A DNA stretch of 64,000 bases from an uncultured virus (IMG/VR IMGVR_UViG_3300008107_000141). Taxonomy: Duplodnaviria > Heunggongvirae > Uroviricota > Caudoviricetes. Below the pieces are notes generated by a model. That model saw nothing but the letters and a program-made list of their open reading frames with translations, was not told where the DNA came from and did not search any database. The translations under genes were made by a program, and so were the position numbers. Location of the stretch: the IMG/VR virus record IMGVR_UViG_3300008107_000141. One strand, written 5' to 3'. Below are positions 59,465-64,000 of this stretch, piece after piece; position 1 is the first letter of the stretch, and each line of letters begins with the position of its first letter.

Positions 59465-59488
59465 ACTACTATTATAGCATTATAGGGG

Positions 59489-59923
59489 CTATACTGCAAT
59501 ATCGGATACCTTATATGAACTAGGATAATGCTTTATAGATCCATCTGTAGACACTAAAAATTTTTCAAAATTCCAACCAATATCTCTTCCCCCAGTAGCC
59601 TTCTCCTTGCAATATTTATATATTGGGTGGGCATTTGGACCATTAACCTCTATTTTTTCAGAGATGGCAAATGTTACTCCGAAGTTAGTTGTACAAAATT
59701 GCTTAATTGCTTCATTGGAGTCTGGCTCTTGGTTGCCAAATTGATTACAGGGAAATCCAATAACGACTAACGAATCACTTTGTGCCTTTTGTAAGTCTGC
59801 ATATTGTGAGGTGTACCCACATTTGCTTGCTGTGTTTACAATAAGAATATTTTTATCCTTAAAGTTTTTTAGTTCTACAACATTTTTGTTGTTGTCTATA
59901 AATGATAAATCATATATGCTCAT
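59489..59923 (-). CDS. gpx: Glutathione peroxidase (Cys type)
   Basis: NTASKCGYT, GFPCNQFG.QEP, WNFEKFLV. Confidence 0.92.
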   Translation of the reverse strand: MSIYDLSFIDNNKNVVELKNFKDKNILIVNTASKCGYTSQYADLQKAQSDSLVVIGFPCNQFGNQEPDSNEAIKQFCTTNFGVTFAISEKIEVNGPNAHPIYKYCKEKATGGRDIGWNFEKFLVSTDGSIKHYPSSYKVSDIAV

Positions 59924-59970
59924 AAAAATTCTCTCCTATGTTCTATACTAAGTATATCATAGGAGAGAAT
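59924..59970 (-). promoter_or_regulatory. Promoter inside RBS-occluding terminator hairpin
   Basis: Minus strand: ATTCTCTCCTATG-atatacttagtatagaa-CATAGGAGAGAAT-TTTT-ATG, with TGaTATACT at the stem/loop junction. Confidence 0.65.
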
Positions 59971-59993
59971 GGTTTTTATTAATAACTAATTTA

Positions 59994-60797
59994 TTAAACA
60001 GCAACTAGTTCGTCTGCATTGACATATGCTGGATTAATGATTGATTTTTCTCCAGCCATCAATCTTTCGATATGGTCACGGATAACAGCATTTTCCTCAT
60101 TGAAAATGTATTCAGATCTATCTGGACCCATTTTTGGATCTTGTCCTTTTGCTATTAGATCTTCTTTGAGTGTACGCTCAACATCCCAGTTCAATGTTGT
60201 AGCAGGATAATGCTTAACCACATATCCATCTTTATCAATTAAATATTTTTCAAAGTTAGCATTCATCATGAATCCGCCATTATGTTCATTTAAATATCTT
60301 GATTCATAATCTGTTTTTTCAACTATACCAAGTTCTTTTTTCTTATTCATTATTTCCAAAATTTGTCTTGAAACTTCTAGATATAGTTCATGTCTTTCTC
60401 CAAAAGGCTGTCCATTTCCGTTAAGTCCTGGTCCTTTTCCTAGCCATGGTGCTTCTAGTGGGATTTCTGCGGGATTTGATGTAATCATTTCTGAAAATGG
60501 GAACGTAACACCATAAACATCTATTCCGTAATTCTTTGAGTCTAAACCACAAGTGATACCTTTTGACCACTTTCCTTTTGTAATGCTAGGACCACAGAAG
60601 TCATTTGTTGGAATTGCAACAACAGTAAAGTCATCTCCAGCAAGATCTTCCTGAATCCACTGAATAGACTCCATTTGACCAGCGTTTCCACAACCAACTG
60701 TTGTGTTGATAAGCAATACTACTTTGCCTTTAAATTGCTGCAAGAAGTGTGATTCTCCTTCAGCAGACTCCAATTCGATATCATATATAGATTTCAT
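59994..60797 (-). CDS. Divergent glutathione-peroxidase-family protein with insertions
   Basis: GKVVLLINTTVGCG, AIPTNDFCG, YGVTFPF, NFEKYLIDKDG.VV. Confidence 0.8.
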   Translation of the reverse strand: MKSIYDIELESAEGESHFLQQFKGKVVLLINTTVGCGNAGQMESIQWIQEDLAGDDFTVVAIPTNDFCGPSITKGKWSKGITCGLDSKNYGIDVYGVTFPFSEMITSNPAEIPLEAPWLGKGPGLNGNGQPFGERHELYLEVSRQILEIMNKKKELGIVEKTDYESRYLNEHNGGFMMNANFEKYLIDKDGYVVKHYPATTLNWDVERTLKEDLIAKGQDPKMGPDRSEYIFNEENAVIRDHIERLMAGEKSIINPAYVNADELVAV

Positions 60798-60838
60798 CGA
60801 TTACCTCCTATAGGTTATGAGATTATTATAGCACCCTT

Positions 60839-61546
60839 TTAGCAATCGTCTTTTGTACTAAGTACTATATTATTATCAGACCAGCACTGACCATATAGCG
60901 TGTGCCTTGAGTTTGGTCCAAGAACTTTTGTTACTCTGTGGGTAAATTCTTTGCCAATCGGAATATTTATTAACATGCCAGCCTTTGGCTTTACTATATA
61001 GCCTTTTTTAAATTCTATGTAGCCACCTTCAAAGTCATCATTCAGGTATATTGAGTGTGATGCAATCCTACTACCAGTAGCACCTGTATCTTCCCAGTGC
61101 CAATCCATAGCATAGTCAATATCTTCTGCGCTATCGGGGTTAGATCTAACTGCAAACATTTCTGCATTGCCAAGAGACATACTTTCGTCTCTATCTCTTT
61201 TTATTTCTTCGTCTGTACAATATTTGAATGTTTGAATCCCGCTGTTTGGTGCGTATCCTTCTGGAAGTACAGATCTCAGTCTTTCAAATATCCCCTCTGG
61301 GCCGCTAAAAATATCAAAAACTTCTTCTATAACTGGATCATCTTGGTTTGGAATTGCAAGTGTGCCATCTTCATCATATCTAGGCTCACTCATAGGCCAT
61401 TTGTTTAATATGTTTTTATATGGAGAACGCATAGTTGTGTACCAATGGTTTGGATCATCACAATATTTTTTTAATAAAGACAATTCATTTTCTTTTAGAA
61501 AGTTTTCTATGTACCATAATCCTTCATCTAAATATACTTTTTCCAT
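60839..61546 (-). CDS. 2OG-Fe(II) oxygenase (paralog A)
   Basis: HWED, YLNDDFEGG, H.V..V.GP..R. Confidence 0.8.
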   Translation of the reverse strand: MEKVYLDEGLWYIENFLKENELSLLKKYCDDPNHWYTTMRSPYKNILNKWPMSEPRYDEDGTLAIPNQDDPVIEEVFDIFSGPEGIFERLRSVLPEGYAPNSGIQTFKYCTDEEIKRDRDESMSLGNAEMFAVRSNPDSAEDIDYAMDWHWEDTGATGSRIASHSIYLNDDFEGGYIEFKKGYIVKPKAGMLINIPIGKEFTHRVTKVLGPNSRHTLYGQCWSDNNIVLSTKDDC

Positions 61547-61549
61547 AAT

Positions 61550-62233
61550 TTAACAATCATCCTTTGTGCTTGCTATAACTATTGAAGGGTCTATGTAGGA
61601 GTTTCCGTAAAGAGTATGTCTTGAGTTTGGACCCAAAACCTTATTAACTCTGTGTCTATATTTGTGGCCTCCAGGAATTACAGCAAGCGTTCCAGCCTTT
61701 GGCTTTAACTTAATAGGAACTTCAGCAAACTCTAATTCTCCACCCTCGTAATCATCATTAAGATATAAACTGAAGGAGCATACAATGTTTTGTTCATGAC
61801 CTGGATCTTCATGCCAATACATAGCAAAATCTATATTTTTATCATCTATATTATATGAATTTATTATGTCCATATTTAAGTTTTCTTTTATCTGATCATC
61901 TGTCATATATTTAAAACTTTGGAGTGTGGCATGTCTGCGGTATGATGGAGGAAGAACAGACTCAAGCCTTTGCCATACGCCATTTGGTCTTGTAAATACT
62001 GGAAGATCTATAACTTCAGATGTTTCGTTTGGAAATTCTATATTTCCATTTTCGTCATATTTAGGAACAATATTTAAAAATTTATTTAGTATATTTTTAT
62101 AAGGCGACCTCATTGTTGGATACCAGCCAAGTTCGTCGTCTGTCTGTGTTTTGAACCACTCAAGTTCTTCTTTTGTTAAGAAATCTTCAATGATCCAAAC
62201 CTTTTTGTCTTCATCTAGATATATTTTTTCCAT
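61550..62233 (-). CDS. 2OG-Fe(II) oxygenase (paralog B)
   Basis: HED, YLNDDYEGGEL.F, HRV..V.GP..R; leaderless promoter TGGTATCAT at 62240-48. Confidence 0.8.
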   Translation of the reverse strand: MEKIYLDEDKKVWIIEDFLTKEELEWFKTQTDDELGWYPTMRSPYKNILNKFLNIVPKYDENGNIEFPNETSEVIDLPVFTRPNGVWQRLESVLPPSYRRHATLQSFKYMTDDQIKENLNMDIINSYNIDDKNIDFAMYWHEDPGHEQNIVCSFSLYLNDDYEGGELEFAEVPIKLKPKAGTLAVIPGGHKYRHRVNKVLGPNSRHTLYGNSYIDPSIVIASTKDDC

Positions 62234-62263
62234 ATGGATATGATACCATAGTTTTGTTTCTGA

Positions 62264-62413
62264 TTATACTTTAATTACTGTTTCCCAAAAAGCGATTGCT
62301 CCTGATATTGTAGCATTTTTTGTAATCACAAAGGCAACAACAAATGAAGAAAGAGTTCCCCATATGCGGTAACTTAGTGCCTTAACAAATGATCTTGCCC
62401 TAGTTACTTTCAC
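62264..62413 (-). pseudogene. DUF2061-like membrane protein, apparently C-terminally truncated
   Basis: VKVTRARSFVKALSYRIWGT...WETVIKV*; lacks the Y.HERxW motif kept by the copy at 50511. Confidence 0.5.
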
Positions 62414-62455
62414 GAAGGCCACTCAATTTTATCATTGCCTATTTTATCTAATATT

Positions 62456-63214
62456 TTAGATGCCCATTTCTTTACGCTTTTGCGTAGCCGATATAGCATG
62501 AATATTTGCTCCCAAATCTACTTGTTCAATCTTATAGCCTACATCACGACCATAAACAATATTTGTAATATTTGGCAGTCGTAATACTAATGTATCCTTA
62601 AATGGATTATCTTGCTGAATATATGTTGCAACCTCATCATACTTCAATGGATCCTTTTCTGATGTCTTGTATGTATTGCGAACACCTACTAATACCTGCT
62701 TAGTTCTTTTGTGAGCCTCTTCTTTGAGAGCCTGATGCCCTTCATGCCAAGGCTGATATCTTCCTAACTGAAGAGTTGTTGGGGCAGACCAATCAAACAA
62801 GGCGCCCGCCTGTATTACAGTGTCTACTTCCTGCTCTAATGTGTATCCGTCTAGAATTCTGATATCAAATCTTTCTGGATCTTGCCACATTTTATTTGTA
62901 TCTTCAAATCTACCTTGCTTAATTCTGTCTACCCAAACAACAACATCTGCTGGGCCAAATGCCTCTCTGGTTTCTTTAGTAGGACAAACAAAGTCAACAA
63001 TGACAGGAGCAACGCCCTGATTTGCAATTAGCCTTGCCATCTCTCCCATGCGACGAGCATGCTCAATCCTATCTTCGGCGGTAAATCCAAGATCAGAATT
63101 AACTGTAGATCTTACCTCATCAGCATTAAGATGTATAGCATTAATTCTTTCTTTAAGTGCCGTTGCAAGTGCAGTCTTACCAGATCCAGGCAAGCCTATA
63201 ATTTGTATGATCAT
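62456..63214 (-). CDS. cysC: APS-kinase-like domain fused to HxGH nucleotidyltransferase domain
   Basis: GLPGSGKT, NADEVR, DLGF..EDR, VCP; C-terminal GRYQPWHEGH and ISAT..R. Confidence 0.75.
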   Translation of the reverse strand: MIIQIIGLPGSGKTALATALKERINAIHLNADEVRSTVNSDLGFTAEDRIEHARRMGEMARLIANQGVAPVIVDFVCPTKETREAFGPADVVVWVDRIKQGRFEDTNKMWQDPERFDIRILDGYTLEQEVDTVIQAGALFDWSAPTTLQLGRYQPWHEGHQALKEEAHKRTKQVLVGVRNTYKTSEKDPLKYDEVATYIQQDNPFKDTLVLRLPNITNIVYGRDVGYKIEQVDLGANIHAISATQKRKEMGI

Positions 63215-63238
63215 TTTGTTCCTCCAAAACCATTATAG

Positions 63239-63310
63239 CACCCCTGGCAGGAATCGAACCTGCGACAAACGGATTAGAAGTCCGCTACTCTTCCGCTGAG
63301 TTACAGAGGT
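63239..63310 (-). tRNA. tRNA-Arg(TCT)
   Basis: Acceptor ACCTCTG/CAGGGGT, anticodon arm GCGGA-CTTCTAA-TCCGT, T loop TTCGATT. Confidence 0.92.
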
Positions 63311-63314
63311 ATTG

Positions 63315-63386
63315 TATCTCCAACGGAATTCGAATCCGTGTTGCTGCCGTTGAGTTCGGGGCCTTAACCAACTTGGCTACTGCTCC
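63315..63386 (-). pseudogene. Chimeric tRNA-like sequence (5' half of one tRNA, 3' half of another)
   Basis: D arm (TAGCCAAGTTGGTTAAGGC) and T arm (ACGGA-TTCGAAT-TCCGT) are good. The acceptor strands GGAGCAG/TGGAGAT and the anticodon stem do not pair. Confidence 0.65.
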
Positions 63387-63419
63387 ATTATTTAATTATA
63401 GTTTGTATCGTACTGCTTG

Positions 63420-63998
63420 TCAAATACCGTTGTCTTCAAGTCTTCGTAATATTTCTGCGGTATCTGGATCATTAATCATTTCTTCTATAGCAGCATTAAC
63501 TGATGGTCTTGTTTCTGGCAGGGTATATAAACGATTTTTAGTAATCTTATACAACAACTTTCTAATTCTTTCACAATCGTCATGTCTCCACCATGTATAA
63601 CAAAATAGCCTATCTTCTGATTGAACTATGTTTAAACAAGTTTTATATTCTTCAATAATTTTATCTATAATATTTTTTTGTGCTTTTTTACAGTCATCAC
63701 AAAAACAGTCACAGTCTTCTAGGTTATGACACAAACTCATTCTATATTTAAGAACTTCGCTAAAAATTTCGTCGTCCTGACTTAACATTAGGTGACTATT
63801 GTCTGTTTTATAATCTGTAAATCTAAAAAAAATCATCTTGACAAACTCTTGATCTTTAAATTTTTTAAAAGGCCTCCAATGAATTATTTCATTAGGATTA
63901 AAAATTAATGCTGAGTTGTCTTCAAGTTTGTAAACTTCTAAATTTAATCCCAACTCCCATTCAGTATTAGATTGCAACTGAAAGTTTATAATTAAATC
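63420..63998 (-). CDS. Oxygenase-like C-terminal part (5' end outside window) read in frame into a Cys-rich domain
   Basis: Open to the window edge; ALIF..N..IHWR...MIFFRF, then MSLCHNLEDCDCFCDDC... Confidence 0.5.
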   Translation of the reverse strand, partial: DLIINFQLQSNTEWELGLNLEVYKLEDNSALIFNPNEIIHWRPFKKFKDQEFVKMIFFRFTDYKTDNSHLMLSQDDEIFSEVLKYRMSLCHNLEDCDCFCDDCKKAQKNIIDKIIEEYKTCLNIVQSEDRLFCYTWWRHDDCERIRKLLYKITKNRLYTLPETRPSVNAAIEEMINDPDTAEILRRLEDNGI

Positions 63999-64000
63999 TG

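Noticed and set aside
63345..63360. TCA-anticodon (Sec/opal suppressor) tRNA
   Set aside because: TCA is not correctly positioned in a paired anticodon arm, the acceptor stem does not pair, and both GPx genes use Cys codons.
63420..63760. A fifth deletion junction fusing an oxygenase to a Cys-rich ORF near 63740
   Set aside because: Plausible from the abrupt change in sequence character, but without homologues it cannot be distinguished from a natural fusion.

Overview
This 64 kb window is an AT-rich segment of a large tailed (siphovirus-type) phage genome, most likely infecting Actinobacteria. The host inference rests on WhiB, the AhpC/AhpD pair, DnaE and many leaderless extended -10 promoters; the gene order resembles Streptomyces BE/BK-like and freshwater actinophages. 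The plus strand (1-58.2 kb) starts with the end of a class II ribonucleotide reductase, then the head module (portal, protease with nested scaffold, major capsid) and the tail module with a 3041-aa tape measure protein (TMP). Next come replication/recombination genes (DnaB, primase, SSB, DnaE, a broken RecA, Cas4-like and RuvC-like nucleases), terminase, secreted/membrane proteins, lysis genes and accessory genes (subtilase, Ntn protease, 2OG-Fe(II) oxygenases, WhiB, Hsp20, thioredoxin). The minus strand (58.2-64 kb) holds tRNAs and a redox/sulfur cluster (AhpC, truncated AhpD, two glutathione peroxidases, tandem 2OG-Fe(II) oxygenases, an APS-kinase/nucleotidyltransferase fusion). Most notable: (1) a TMP carrying a kinase-like cargo domain and Cys-rich repeats between repeated motifs; (2) tail assembly chaperone G and G-T forms apparently encoded by duplicated genes rather than a frameshift; (3) a covarying H-type pseudoknot present twice, once in an apparent stand-alone sRNA; (4) a ROSE-like thermometer on hsp20; (5) promoters buried in terminator/RBS-occluding hairpins; (6) probable ATT start codons; (7) a probable Lys-cleaved capsid polyprotein; (8) several deletion/fusion junctions that may be assembly artefacts. 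All family calls come from motif recognition by eye; no searches were run.
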